Positions 47,905-63,858 of a stretch of 64,000 bases of DNA are shown piece after piece (positions within the stretch are counted from its first letter, which is position 1; each line of letters begins with the position of its first letter). The notes under the pieces were generated by a model, which searched no databases, was not told where the DNA came from, and worked only from the letters and a program-made list of their open reading frames with translations. Source of the stretch: Selaginella moellendorffii (Eukaryota; Plantae; Lycopodiophyta); NCBI RefSeq assembly GCF_000143415.4, contig NW_003314341.1, positions 356,470 through 420,469 on the forward strand, read 5' to 3'. The translations under genes and the position numbers were made by a program.

Positions 47905-50900
47905 TGTAGTGCACATGGTTTTGACCTTTTATCCTATGGTGATTTACCATAGGATAACACCACGAAGCAGAACCTAAACCCTCTTTGTGCCACGTGACAG
48001 ATGCCATATGTCACATGCCACATGTCCATGCCACGTGTCCATAGGAACCCGAGGTTTAGGGTGCCAAACTCCCTAGCATGGAACTGAGGAGTGACAGAAC
48101 CGAACCACGGAGCAACTCCCGAGCATGAAGCCCAAGGAGCAAAGGGACAGGAGCCCGGAGCGACTTGAAACAGTCTTGGAGCAACCAACATCCTAATGCC
48201 AGGACCAGCACGCAAAATGGAGCCAAATGGAGTCTGGCGCTATTTCGGCATACCGGTGGCCTAATGCGAGGACATGGGTACTCCACCAACTAGCATGGAA
48301 TGGAACTTGGGCTTAGACCCAAGCCGGACGCAAAACAAGGACAGGCACACAAGTGGGAGCTAGATTATGCCTCAGGTTGGTCGGCCATGCCCGACCTACC
48401 CACTATCCTTACTATACATTTGGAACCCCCCATAGCCCCCCCCCCCCCCCCTCCCCTTGAGGAACACATGCTTTGGACTTTCACCCCAAGCCTCCCTTAG
48501 TATCAGGAGTTAGTCTCTGGGACAAGCTCGAAACTTACTAAATATGGAATGTCCCTAGATTGCGAATTTGGACACGGGATGAATACCATTGTGTTCAGGA
48601 CGATCTCTACATTCCGTAGATATGCCAAATGAGCAAATCTGGACACTTTCCATAAATAGTATTTGGGACCAAAATGAGACTAACACAAAGGGCATGATAG
48701 CAAGGGTATTTGGCAAACATGGTAAGCTATCATCTAGCGATATTGAGGGACCAAGCTCAATATCGCGGGGGTTCCCAACACTAGCAAATGCAAGCCAATG
48801 ACAAGAGTTTCTCATCACCGTGTCAAGTCTGTTTGACTAAATGACAACTTAAGATTTCCTTTCCGGTCTAAGTGCACATGTGATGACCAGTTTCTCAACT
48901 AGCCTAGGCGGAGACTAATAACGGGTCTAGCAATACCGACCTCCTACCATCGTGGCAGTAAGGAAAGAATATCCGAAAGGACTGCCGACAGATAACTTTT
49001 GATACCCAAAGTCACATTCGCGACACTCTCCCCCCCCTAGGGAAGATCGACGTCCTCGTCGATGCATACTCGAGTCTAGAATACCGCCAAGGAAACAACT
49101 CCAGAAAAAGTTCACGGTACTCACACTAATTGAGAAATGCACCAACTTAAATGAGTTAGGGATAACCTCTTTGTCTAACGTGGATGCGCTACCCACTCAG
49201 ACACCTTCCAGCCGTTGCCGATAAGGAAATGACCAACGGAGTCAGCCACCCTTGCTGCTCTGGGAGTCACCCAACTTACAAAAGTGTGATACACCCCTGC
49301 CCGCAAGGATATAGAGAGAGAAGCCAGAGGCCCCAACCCTCCTGAGCAAAGAAACCAAACCCGTCGGTAAGGTTTAGATAGACTACTGTAAACAAGTAGT
49401 TAGAGTTGTTTACACGGTCACGCCCTTTTAACGGAATAAGGAACATTGACAGAGAGGCGGGTTATGTGACCAGTCGACAATAGCTACCCCATGACTAGAG
49501 ATTTCAACATGCACACGAAGTGCCGAAGCTAGTCTGCCTATACTGGCCCAAATTCAAAGATCAATAGATGGACAATATCAAAGTCATAAACAATGATATC
49601 TTAGAGTCTTAATTATCAATGAGTATATCTTAGATTAGAACACAAAAGTATTCCAAGTAAGTTATCAGCTGATAAACTAGTAGTATTGTAGATAGGAACC
49701 ACCAAGATCATCATAATTTGGCAAACACAGGAATGACCATCCAACAAAATCAATAGCTAGTATATCATCAAGGAAACTCAATGATGAAACTTAACTACCG
49801 AAGATAGTAGACAGTAAGCCAACAACTTACTAGAGATAACTCAAAGAACACAAAGTATCATTGACTAACAAGCACAATGCTCGCGAATGTATCACCTGAA
49901 GGAAACAACATCCCAACCTATCAGAACTAACTCGAGCAATATTCAACAGAACAGAATGAATGCGGTAAGACCAACAAACATCCATTCATGCCAACTATCA
50001 TAGAAGTCAATCTGAATAGATCCTGGTCAACAATACCAAGGAACCAGAGTTACTCAAGCAAGCATCAGCAACATCCTATTGATGTTTCAAACCCAAGAGA
50101 CCAATCCAAAGCAAACCACAAAGAACATGTGGTATTGCAAAAAGCCAAAAGCTATCAAAGAGAACAACTAACCATCATGAAAGATCATCAATTATGCCAT
50201 CAAAAAGATATGCCAAATCATCGTCAAGCAAGAATTTACCATCCTGAAGAATAGCAAATAATTCCAGACCAACAATAATCAAGCAAAACTGTTGACAAGG
50301 ATAATCAACTATCTTAGATGATAGTCAATCATCACCAATGATTGCTAGATGCAAAAGCTAACTTCAATATCGAAGCTAAGGAGTCAACAATGCCTTCCCT
50401 AACAACTTCTAACAAATGGAATAATGAGCATAAAACTCAAAGAACCAAAAGCTTGAAGAAGATTATAGCCAAGTCTTGCCTAATAATAATCATGAGTCTC
50501 GCATAGATTAACTTCAATGTTAAAGATAAAACCATGGTACAACCCACAATATCATCCTCAACACATCCATAAGCTAAACTTCATAATGCCAAAGCTAATG
50601 AAGAGCATGTTTGCATCAATCCAAAAGCTAAGCATAACAAAGCTATGCTCAACAAGTGATCATCTAATCGATCCTCCATGAATCCATCTATAACAAGATG
50701 TAACTCACTTCATAACAAGCACAAGAAGAATCATCAATGATTAATATATTCCAACTCAAATCCAATAAGGATTCAAACATTCCAATATCAATCATTAACT
50801 CTTCCGCTTGTAGAGTTAGCATAGTCCACAATTGAATCACTTTTCAAGGAAAAGCCAAAGTTTAACCCCTACTAAATAATCTTATCTAGAACACAACTAA

Positions 50901-53900
50901 CTCAAACTTGCCACTCAGCTTGTTTGAACATCACTATAGTTGCTAACTAGCAATTGCATGAAATGCCAATAGCACAAAGCCATAGCCAAATCATTAACAC
51001 TATCTTCATCGAGACTAATGAAACTCAATATTAATCTTATAGAAAGACATCTCATCTCACTTAAATCTCAACATCAACAATGTCAACGACAAGGCATCAC
51101 TTCAATGCCATTAACACCATAACAAAGCTAGAAGAAAACATGAGTGTATCACCACTCAAAACTCTCTAGCAACCAAGATAACCAAGGTCGAAGATACTTT
51201 AGTTAGTATCTGAGACCAATCCTTTAGCAAAACTTAGTTACAGATAATACTTCCTCAAGGAGTGAATCACCACATCCAAGACTCAATGAAATCCAACACC
51301 ACGGACTAAATGCAACCAAATGACATCGACAGAGGTAACGTTGACATGCCAATATGGAAAACCCATGTAAGTCTAACAACACGATCCTCCGCAACACCAT
51401 CTGGTAAAGTAAACCCATCATTGCTAAATCTTCATTGAGCAAAGCAAGTGTCAAAAGTCCTTGATGAAGTTTACAAGTAATCACCAGTCGCAAAGCAACT
51501 AACAATCACCCTTCAACTTGCCTTCACAAGACCTAAACACTAAACTTGCGCCATTGAGTTATATACTTGTCCAATATGAACGTAATACCCCAGATACAAG
51601 ATAAAGGTTCATTGACAAGCACAAACTAAATGACCACTCGAATCCAACTTAACTGTAATAAACTCACCAATGCGTTTAACCAACAGCTCTGAGTATGCCT
51701 TGAAGAGGCTAGCTATACATGACCAACACTTAGCCGAAACTAAAGTGAAGACCATGAGATGGACTCATATCGGTACACAACCTCCTTATAGACAAAGCTA
51801 TAGTACGGGTATCAACATCTCAAACTCAAACAACTAAGTTGAACATCACCATCCTTAACCAAGGCGCAGGGCCACCAAGACCAAGTCAAGATCAGTGAGA
51901 GCTCACTACTCTCATAGAGTCTAACGAAATGCAAAGTGCAACTTGCCACCAAGCATAACGCTACAAAAGAAAGGCACAAGGGTCACCTTTCTAGAAAAGT
52001 GCAACGGCCACTTTTCTACATTAACTCTAGACTCTATCCAACTCAATTGCCTTAACCCCAAAAGTTAGCATCTCTTTGGGGTCGCATCATACAAACTACA
52101 TACTAAGGTCTAAGCTAACCGAAGTCAACTCCAACCCCTTCACTAGTTTGTATTGGCTCATGAAAACGGAATGGTTTTCAGACAAAGTGATCAACAGATC
52201 AGCCATTGGAAAAGTCTAAGAAAATTTCTGGAAAATTTTCCAACCTAGAGAAAGAATAACTCTCAGTCCAGGAATGCAAACTTTCAAAACTAAACCAACT
52301 TCCTCCTACTAACAATTTCATATAGGTTCACCTCAACACAAATTCTCATGACCCATAGTATGCTTAAGCCTCAAACATCTTTGCCCATACTTCCGATATC
52401 CAACACCGATATCTGCAAAGTGCAAAAATGAACATCCAAGGCTTGATCACGAAGACCACATCTTCGGATATTTATATTGCACTAACACTCTTCTTCAATC
52501 ATTCTCAAGATCCAATGTGAAGCTAAAACACTAACAAGAAAAATGACATGGAAAATCAAGCTCTAAGGAAAATTCCTCATCACTCGAAATAATAATGCCA
52601 CTTCCACTAACACAAGTGTTAGCGATGTCAATGCCTTAACTACACACCTTTTCCATCCAACAATCTACTCCAAGTGCTAACAGATAAACCAACAAGCCAC
52701 AACAAATGAATGCTATAACTTTTTGCCAACACATAATGGGCAAACCCTCAAGGAAACAAGGTACCAACTTAAGCTTAGCATAATGGACCATTATTGAGAA
52801 TTCAGTCAAAGCTACTACAATGCTACTTCGTGTAAGTGGACTAGCTTCACCATCAACCACTTTGGGGTTGATCATCGTTAAACCAAGCAACTTCGTAAAC
52901 ACATTGCTCACTATCACATGGATATGATATAAGTATCACAATGACTTGATCATCAATTGAGCAACACCACGAGCAATGCCAATGCCATTACTTCAAAGGT
53001 TTATGTGATTATCAAGTGCTAACTCGATTCGACAAAATGCAACATAAATGCCACACTCCACCAATAAAGATTTACAACACTGAACACCATCAACTTTTGT
53101 TCACAACACGGACAAGCTCATACCACTCGCTATCCGACCAAACTCAAAACTTAACCCAACACCAAGCTACTCAAGGAGCAATAGCAAGGTTCCCCAGAAA
53201 AGAATTGAGCACTGTAACCCAAGTCTTCCAATAGCAAATCTAGACAAAATGGTTTAGCGCTTCACCGCTATCCATCCCACGACTCACCACTTACAAGACC
53301 ATCATTTCCAACATGCATCAAAGTAGGGATTCTTGATTGCATAATATGAACATGAGTAATGAGTCACACCTCGTTGCAAATCATCTCTACAAGAAGAGAA
53401 CATGATTTACGTGTTTGATCCTTCATCCCCGACGACTCTCTTTTCGGTCTCATCTTTGATTAAACCTCAAGCTTGCTTTCACACTGCCTTCAGTCCAATC
53501 CAAGAAAAGTTTATGAGAGAGCACGGCAATGACTACTTGTATCAATAGACTAATCCCTACAGTCTTGATTGATCCATTTGTAATCATGCCTAGGAAGGAT
53601 CCACTAGTGCCGTGCTAAATAACTACAGACCAGCCTATTTACCACTCATAGCAAACCCAGGGAAAGTTTACTTTCACTCACGGTACATGGAACAACTCAC
53701 GGAACCATTGAAACAACTCATGGAACCACCGATAGGCTAACATTAATCCTGCCAACTCAAAATGTAACCTCGAGTTGCTAATGTGCCTCACTCACGAGCC
53801 CAAGCGCAAACTCGTGCAAATGGAATAACTCAAATCCATCCTATGAGCCCAAGAGCAAGCTCACAATATCACGGTATAAAAAGGTAACAAAAACCATACC

Positions 53901-54842
53901 CAAGGAACAATTGCGAACCCTTTGCACCAAACATGTACCCACTCGGATCATCATTTTCATCTCTGCATATGCAACGAGACTAGTTGCCCAATCTCATTGA
54001 ATAGTACTCGCTGAGACTCATCCTCTGATACCAAATGTAGCGCACGTGGTTTTGACCCTTTATCCTATGGTGATTTACTGCGAGGACATGGGTACTCCAC
54101 CAACTAGCATGGAATGGAACTTGGGCTTAGACCCAAGCCGGACGCAGAACAAGGACAAGCACGCAAGTGGGAGCTAAACTATGCCTCAGGTTGGTCGGCC
54201 ATACCCAACCTACCCACTATCCTTACTATACATTTGGAACCCCCCATAGCCCCCCCCGCTTTGAGAAACACATGCTTTGGACTTTCACCCCAAGCCTCCC
54301 TTAGTATCAGGAGTTAGTCTCTGGGAAAAGCTCGAAACTTACTAAATATGGAATGTCCCTAGATTGCGAATTTGGACACGGGATGAACACTATTGTGTTC
54401 AGGCCGATCTCTACATTCCGTAGATATGCCAAATGAGCAAATCTGGACACTTTCCATAAATAGTATTTGGGACCAAAATGAGACTAACACAAAGGGCATG
54501 ATAGCGAGGGTGTTTGGCAGACACGGTAAGCTATCATCTAGTGATATTGAGGGACCAAGCTCAATATCGCGGGGGTTCCCAACACTAGCAAGTGCAAGTC
54601 AACATCATGAGTTTCTCATCACCGTGTCAAGTCTGCTTGACTAAATGACAACTTAGGATTTCCTTCCTTAGTGCCCTTCCGGTCTAAGTGCACATGTGAT
54701 GACCAGTTTCTCAACTAGCTTAGGCGGAGACTAATAACGGGTCCAACAATACCGCCCTCCTGCCGTCGTGGCAGTAAGGAAAGAATATCTGAAAGGACTA
54801 GCCGACAGGTAACTTTCGATACCCAAAGTCACATTCGAGACA
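47905..54842 (-). mobile_element. Element E: second copy of the non-autonomous Copia-derived family
   Basis: LTRs 47905-49025 and 54036-54842 (the latter ~310 bp shorter); exact TSD GGTGA; minus-strand PBS TGGTATCAGAG (54023-54033); PPT next to 49025; interior colinear with D. Confidence 0.9.
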
Positions 54843-56048
54843 GGTGACTACTGACTTCATTAATAATATCTTTCTCCATTTGGAGGGGACGTGGGAGGAA
54901 CATATCTGTGATGTTTGTAAAATGTTGGATTGGTTATGGAACGTTGGTTTAAAGCTAAAGCAATTGAAGTGTATGTTTAGGTTCAAAAACACAATTTATC
55001 TTAGGTACTATATTTTTCGTGAGGGTTTGCAAGTTGATCCTAACAAATTTGTAGCTGTTTTAAAGTTCTTTACTTCGAAATGTGTGAATGATGTGCAATA
55101 CTTCCTGGGTAAGATATAGTATCTCGATCATTTTGTGGATCATCTTTCTGATTGTACTACACCATTACGAGCATTACTAAAGTCATTAACATCTTCTTTT
55201 ATTTGGTCTCCGGATTGTGAGCGAGCGTTCATGGATCTCAAAGAGTTATTAATGACTCCAGTTTTGGCATATTTAGACTACACTCAACTTTTCATTTGTG
55301 TGTGAATGCTTTTGATATTGGTCTTGGATGTGTGTTAATGCAAGAGAGCCCAAGTGTGCCTGGTTAGCGCCATCCCATTGTGTATATAAGCCATACATTA
55401 CAACCAACGGAGGTGAACTACTCCACGACAGTAAAAGAGTGTTTAGTAGTAGTTTGGGGTTTACATAAACTTCATACATATCTGTATGGTTCTTAGACAT
55501 TACTAGAAGGTGATTATGTTGCCGTTACTTCATTATTGAAGCGGAAGAACTTGGTTAGTTATACTGCTCGGTAGGCTTTGAAGCTTTCGATATATAATTT
55601 TGATGTTGTTCATCGCCCGGGGAGTTCTATGGCTGATACTGATGCCCTTTCTTGAGCTCTTCCTTTTTCATTTTCTTCTTATGTTTTTGACGAACTTGTT
55701 ATTCTAACATCTGTGGATTTTCTTGATAAGGATTTTGTGCCGTTAGTGGTTATTGTACTTGACATTCAGTATCCACAAGGTGTAAAACAAGATTTACCTT
55801 CTCTTGATAAGGTTTACGATGCTCAAAAGATTGAGCCGTGGATTTGAAGGCTTCAAGATAGGTTTGAGAATCTTGCATCACTTGTTGATGACTTGCCATT
55901 CTGGCATTTACATTATCAATATTGCTTTGAAGACGGCCTTCTTTATTTTGTGGGGACAGTTCTTAATGATCCTTTACGGTTAGTGGTGCCTTTTGTATTT
56001 ATTCCACAATTTCTCCATGCCTACCATGATTCTCCTGCTCTAGGCGGG

Positions 56049-59000
56049 TGTCAAGATCCCCAACAAGATCAGGACTGGAAAATGCAGAAGACAAAGAGAA
56101 AAGCTAGTAGAGATGAAGAAAAAGCCTTAAATTGGTGTTTATTTAGATTGTGGAGAAATGGAACAAGGCTAACCTATATATACTATAGGTTGATGAAGCT
56201 TCACCACTCTTGGATTGAAGATGGCCTAAATATAGCTGATGTCAAGGAGTTGCCATGTCATCATCAGGAATGTGGTTCGAGAATCAGGAATCGTATGGGA
56301 AATCAGAGAGTTAGGAATAAGGAAGTGTCTCAAGAGTCAGGAATGTGGCAAGAATTGGGAGATTCCTAACAGCACCCCCTCCTCAAGAACGAGTGGAACG
56401 AGGATGTGAATGAGAACGAAGAGGAGGATGAGATGGGTGTTGAGGGACAAGAGATGGAGAATGAAAAGAATGAGGACTGGAACGAGAAGGATAGCGGCAG
56501 TGGAAGTCCTGAACAAGGTCAGGAGAATGAATTAGGTTGTCCACAGGTTCCCAAGTGCGTTCCTTAGATCCATAACCCTTCCAATCTACCAAATAGTAGA
56601 GTTTAGCCCATGAGATCTTGGAATCAAGGATGTCCTAAACCTCGTACTCAGACCCATCCTCGAGCTGCACTGGTGGAGGTAGAGGAATGACCCGATTTGG
56701 AATAGGACTGGGAATATAAAGCTCAAGGAGAGAGTGAAAAACAGGGTGAATTTGATATGAGGAGAGAAGTGCAAGGTCATAAGTGACAAGATTAATAATG
56801 GCAGTGATAGGGAAAGGACCAAGGCATGTGAAATTGAGTTTAGGACATGGCTTGGTGGTGGAGATATTTTGCCTGAGGAGCTAAACTTTATCCCCGATAT
56901 TGTAAGTGGGACAATTCTGACGATGGACATTGGTGAATGTTTGTGAAATTCCTAAGCACAATAAAGGTGAAAGGAGATAGAGTTATGGATTTCCTGGAGG
57001 TTGGTGTAAAGCTCTTGAGTTTGGACTTCCCAAGAGGTCACCCAACCCAATACTATTCAAACCCAAGTATGTTTAACCCCAAATATCCCAAGACCCTTAA
57101 CCAATTAGAAAAGGGGGTGCACTCTTGTTCATGGGCCCTTTCCCTTTATATTTGAACCCCATGGATCGTCTCTCAAGTCGTTCCCTTTGATTGCTTATAA
57201 TCTACCACGCTTCCTTGCAAGTTCACACCCTCGTGAACGGAAGCTGAGAGCCGCAACTCTCCCGAGAGCCCCGCTCTCTTGACACCCTACCCCTCGGGTC
57301 AAGCCCAGTGGGAGCAAACTGGACCAGCCAGATGTCAATCAACATGTGGTGTGATTCCCCTAGCCAACCAACAGAGTCGGACCCGAGACCACTCCGATAC
57401 CAAATGTAAAGATCTTGAGTTTGGACTTCCCGGGGGGTCACCCAACCCAGTACTATTCAAACCCAAAGACGCTTAACCCCAAATATCCCAAGACCCTTAA
57501 CCGATTGGAAAAACGGGTGCACTCTTGTTCATGGGCCCTTTCCCTCTATATTTGAACCCCATGGATCGTCTCTCAAGTTGTTCCCTTTGGTTTCTTACAG
57601 TTGGAGACAAATGCCTCAGAGCGGGGATTTGAACAAGAGGATTTGAATGGGGAAGGAAGTGAGAGATTGAATCGGGGATTTTGGCCAGAGTTCGCAAAGA
57701 AAGGGGAAATTCGAAGAGAGGAGTGAATAGAGTTGTTATAGGAGAATTTAGCAAGGGGAAGGATATCGAACCAGTTATCCTGATGATAGTTGATGAAGCA
57801 CCTCAAGAATTGTTCCAATATCTGAATCGTTCGCTCAGACTGTCGATCAATTTGAGGATGATACGTCGAAGAGAGGTTGGCCTTCACTCCAAGCAGCTGC
57901 AAGAACCGTTGCTAGAAATGAGAGATGAATTGAGGTCCCTAATCCAAAACCACATCTGCAGGAATCCCACGAAGTCGGAAAATTTCCCTGAATACTAGTT
58001 TTGCCATGTCCTTGCCCAAAAACTCCTTGGTACACGGCAGGAAATGCACCATCTTTGTGAAGCGATCCACCACGACTAAAATGTTGTTGAAGCCTCAAGA
58101 ACTCGAAAGATCACTCAAGAAATCCATGAAGATGGATTCTCAAGGACTTGAAAGGACCAGGAGGGAACGAAGCAAACCTAAAGGAAGGTGGCGATGTACC
58201 TTATTTTGGGCGCAAGTGTCATAGGAGGTAACAACAACTTTGATGTAGTCGTCTATGTGAGGCCACCAAAAGTCCTGTGCAACCAGCTCATAAGTTTTTG
58301 CAATGCCAAAGTGACAAGTAGTCAGGCTATTGTGGCACGCCATTAGGACCAATCTTTGAGCATCACCTTCAGGAACGTAGAGCTGCTCCCCACAGTATAA
58401 CAAGCCATCTAAGAACTCAAACTCGTCAAATTGCCAGTAGTCAGGAGTCACTAGGTGTCCAGCCTAAAGATGGGGGAAAATGTCATTGGTGAGGTTGTCA
58501 GATTAAAAATCGTTTCTAATCGCGTCCATCAAGGAGGAGTCTTGAGGGGCCAGGGAAATTGCCATAACTTGAAGCTGATCAGGACCGAGGATAACCTGAT
58601 CCTATTGATCGAAGGTAGGATTACTAGGCCTGAGACTGAGATAGGAGTGCCTTGAAAGAGCATTAGGAAGGCCCTGAAGCTTTCCAGGTCTGTACTTGAT
58701 AACAAAGTCAAACCAACTTAAGAATTGTGCCCACCTTGCCTGACGACAGCTCAAAACTCGGGAAGTGGCAAAGTACTTGAGATTTTTGTGATTCGTCTAG
58801 ACCGTTGTTTGATGGCTCGCCCCCTCCAAGAAATGACGCCACTCGCCAAAGGAATCCACGATGGCAAGGAGCTCCTTGTCATGGATTTCGTAATTGATCT
58901 CCGCAAGCTAGAATTTCTGAGAATGGAAAGTGACCAGATGGAATTCCTGATCTGCTTCGAGTTGAGACAGCACAGCACCAATGGCAAAGTCGGAGGCGTC

Positions 59001-62000
59001 CGCCTTGATGAAGAAAGGTTGTGAGGGATCAGCATGGATCAAGACGGGAGAAGAACTAAAGGCTACCTTGAGTGTGTCGAAGGCCTACTGGGTAGCAGTA
59101 GACCAAGAGAAGGGAACATCCTTGCAAGTGAGATGCATGAGAGGAAGGACAATGTCGGAGTAGTAATCAATGAATTTGTGGTAGAAGTTGGCGAAGCCAA
59201 GGAAAACCTGAACGTTCGACATTGATTGTGGAGGCTCCCATTCGAGAATAGTCTTGACTTTGGCAGGATCCATCGTGATACCCTCAGGAGTGACAATGTA
59301 CCCAAGGAACTCCACAAACTCCTGATCGAAAGAACATTTCTTAAGCTTCGTGTATATGCCGTGTTCCCGCAGCTTCGCCAGCACCTTGCACACATGCTCA
59401 TCGTGCTCCTCTTGAGTTTTTGAGTAGATGAGGATGTCATCGAGGTAGACAATCACCATCTGATCAAGAAACTCCTAAAAGACGTCATTTGCCATGTGTT
59501 GGAAAACTGCTGGAGTATTTGTCAAGTTAAATGGCATGACAGTGTACTCGAAGTGGCCATAGTGGGTTTGGAACACAGTGTTCCATTCATCACCAGGCCG
59601 GATCCAGATCAGGTTGTATGCTCCACGGAGGTCGATCTTGGTGAAGAAGCGGGCACCGTCGAGGCATTCTAATAAGTCCGAGATCAGGGACAGTAGATAA
59701 CGGTTTCGAACAGTCACCTTGTTCAAACCTCGGTAGTCAATGACTAGCCGCAAACTCCCATCCTTCTTCTTAACAAAGAAGACAGGCGCTCTAGCCAAGG
59801 ACTACAAATGCTAAATGTACCCTGATGCAAAGTTCTCGTCCACATACTCTTTGAGGGCCTTAGGTTCGGACGGGGATAACCTATAGATAGGCCCCCACGG
59901 AGGTGACGCTCCTTCCTGTAAATCAATGGGACAGTTGTAAGGCCAATGAGTAGTACACTAGCTTTTTTCTTGTCAAACACATCCCCAAAATCATGATACT
60001 TCTCAAGAAGACTGACAGGAGAAACATGCAAAGCAAAAAGGAAAACAGGTTCTTCATGAAGGAGTTCTTTCATAGTGATTGTGGAGATAAGAAGAGGTGT
60101 ATGACTAAATGGAATGATGGAACATGGATACTGTCCAGTGTATGATGAAAGAGAGGGAAAAGAAGATTGAGGGATAGGGAGCAAAGAGGGTGAAAACTTC
60201 GTAGAATCAGGAACAGAACCCTGATTTGAGTTTAGGGAACTTTTCCTGATTTGGACTCGATGAACAGCAAGGGAAGACGTGGGAGATGGTGACGTGGAAG
60301 AGAAGAGCTGTAATTCCTTCCAACAGATTTGAGGCTGGTGCAATTGGAACCAAGGAAGGCCGAGCACTATAGAGGAGGACTTACTATTAATGATGGCGAT
60401 ATCAATGATGGTGGACCCGATGTGTACTCAAACGGGCAATGTTTCCCTAAGTCCAGAAGATGGAGACACAAAATGCCCATCGATGCCTTCAAACCTCAAA
60501 GTAGGAGAAAGAGGAACATGATGTCGGGTAGCAAAGTCCGTGTCCATGAAGTAGGAAGTTGCACCTGAGTCCAGTAGTGCTAGAGCCTTGAATCCTGATT
60601 GTCTGGTGAAAGAAGACATGGGATGTGGAAGTTGCAGGAATTGGTAGTGGCTTTGATGAAAGGTGGTGAAGAGCTTGATAAAGAAGAAAAGTGATTTTTA
60701 TTCGGGGAGTCCAAACAGACAGCTCCTACTCTGTTTGGACAAGGTCATTTCCCGACTGTAACAAAGGTGAACCTTGAGGCAGAGTGAACTTGAGCAGTCG
60801 GGGAGGCTTCTTGGGACACACAGTTGCTTTGTGATTAGGATCAGCATAGTAAAGGCAAAGATTCTGAGATACTCAATGTTGCTTTTCAGTAGGACTCAAC
60901 TTCCTTCTGATGAGTCAGGGAGTACTAGAAATATCCATTGGGACCAGAGCAGTAGGTTCAAGAGTATGCCCCAAAGACTCAAGCTGAGATTCCTGAGTCT
61001 GGGATGGGAAATGGCAGCGTGGTGACTTTCCTGACAACGTTCAAAGAGACAATTATTGCATCAAATAGCTTTTTTGATAGCATCCGATAGGTCCATGGGA
61101 TCCTCCATGGTGAGCAACAAATCTTTGACACTATTGTTGAGGCCGAAACAAAATTGATCAATCATGGCCTACTCATCCCACTAAGTGTTCAAGGAAAGGA
61201 GTTGGAACTCCGCAACATAGATTGAGGCAGAACGAGACCCCTGAGAGAGACGTCTCATCTTTGTGGTGGCAGCCCGAACCCAATCCATCTCGCCAAAACA
61301 TGCTTTGAGCTTCTCTTTGAACAACTAAAGATCCATCAACTTCGAAACCATGACCCCTTTCATGCTCTTCTCTAGGAGAGGAGAAACCATGATAAAGCTA
61401 CACCTTCAAGCAACATCCCGATCGCGCCGATTTGAGACTCAGGAGTGGGGTACCATCGATGTTGAAGTGTGAAAATCAGCTCCATCTGGTTTAGGAATCT
61501 GTGAAGCTTTGAACGCTTGCCTGAGAACTTCGCTGGGAAACTCACCTTCGGTTCAGGAACTTTGCTTGATCCTTGAGCTGAAAGTGAAGCAAGCTCCTGT
61601 TGCATGTGAAGAAGGGCCGCCTTCAGCTCAGTAATCTCAGACTAGATTTTTGCAGGGACTTTGGCGAAGGAATCAAGATGGCTTGGAGACTCCATTGGCA
61701 AAGAAGAAAGAAAAGGGGGAAAAAGGCAAAGGCATTGCAAAAACCTATGAGCTGGTTGTACGGGACTTTTGGTGGCCTCATATAAACAACTACATCAAAG
61801 CTTTTGTTACCTCCTGTGATACTTGCACCCGGAATAAAGTACCTCGCCACCTTCCTATCAAATTGTCAAGAGCCTCAACAAGATCAGGACTGGAAAATGC
61901 AGAAGACAAAGAGAAAGATAGTGGAGACGAAGAAAAGGCCTTAGACTAGCATTGATTCAGATTGTGGAGAAATGGAACAATGCTAACCTATATATATTAT

Positions 62001-62185
62001 AGCTTGATGAAGCTCCACCACTCTTGGATCAAGGACGGCCTAAATATAGTTGATGTCGAGGAGGTGCCATGTCATCATAAAAAATGTGGTTTGAGAATCA
62101 GGAATCGTAAGGGAAATCAGAGAGTTAGGAATAGGGAAGTGTCTCGAGAGTCAGGAATGTGGCAAGAATTGAGGGATTCCTAATA
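56049..62185 (-). mobile_element. Element G: older degenerate copy of the Tcn1-like chromovirus family
   Basis: LTRs 56049-56371 and 61864-62185; exact TSD GCGGG; gag-PR-RT(YLDD)-RH-IN-chromodomain remnants colinear with C. Confidence 0.93.
57005..57599 (-). mobile_element. Cassandra-like TRIM, copy 3
   Basis: 195-bp LTRs 57005-57199 and 57405-57599; exact TSD GTTGG; PBS TGGTATCGGAG; 5S-like segments. Confidence 0.93.
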
Positions 62186-63387
62186 GCGGGCATATGAGAC
62201 ATCTTCGTGTGACCAAGAAGCTATGTAGGTCTTTCTATTGGCCAAAGATGCAACGTGATGTTATTCGGTATGTGCATAACTGTGTTTAGTGCCAAACTTA
62301 TAATACTCCCCCTCATGCCGTGAAAGGATGGTTGGAATCAATTGCAGTTTCCCGTCTGTTTGAGTTAATGGCATTTGATCTTATGGGACTTTTTCCACAA
62401 TTGACTACTGGCAATGAATATATTATTATTGTTTTTTACTATTTGACTTATTGAGTGGAAGTTGGTGCTCTTACTAATGCCTTTGCAATGGCTATTGGAT
62501 ATTTCCTCCTCAATCGAGTGGTGTTCCAACATTCTTGTCTGGAGCGGATTCTTTCTGATAAAGGCCCCATATTTATGGCTGAGGCATTTCACGTTTTAAC
62601 ATCTCAGTTGAGGATATGCCACACTTTTATGAGTGCTTATCATCCACAATTAGACGGTTTGGTGGAATGGCTCGTTCAAACATTCAAAGAAATTATCGTG
62701 AAGTATGTGAACTTTCAATATTTGGATTGGGATGGTTATTTGTTGTATCTTTGGTATGCATATGTCACAAGGGTGTAGAGTTTTGTTGGTGCTTCACCAT
62801 ATAAACTCCTATATAATCATGATCCAATTTTACCAACGGAGCTAGGTTTACCTTCGCAATTACCATAAGCTACTAATACTAAGTCATGGGATCAGTATTT
62901 GATAAGCATTCTTCCACTTGTCTAAATAGAGTCTACTGAACACTTAGGCTGTGTACAAGTGGAACACCCACGGTGTTATATCTCCCACCATCACCCACAC
63001 GCAGAATACACAGTGAGTGACCTCGTGTTAGTCCATTTTCCCCATCTCACACTACACGGTTTATCTAAGGGGCTCCCCGCTCACTAGAAAGCACTCTATT
63101 GGGTGTCGCGGCACGCTGACTCACACGTTTATGAGATTTCGCATAACGTCTCGTAAGCCACTCCTCCCCAAATTGTGTATGCGCCCCACTCGAAACACTT
63201 CACACACAGGGATCGCGAATATTTAATCCCCCCCACAGATCCGCTGATGCCCCCCTTTGACGTTCCTCTAGATCCCGCCCCCTCTACAAGAGAGCCCCGA
63301 GGGTTTTCCACTATTCTGAGAGGAGGGGATGATGTGAGGTCTATGTGTATGGCTATGCTCCCACACACTCATATTCGCACAGAGGGA

Positions 63388-63858
<471 letters not shown>

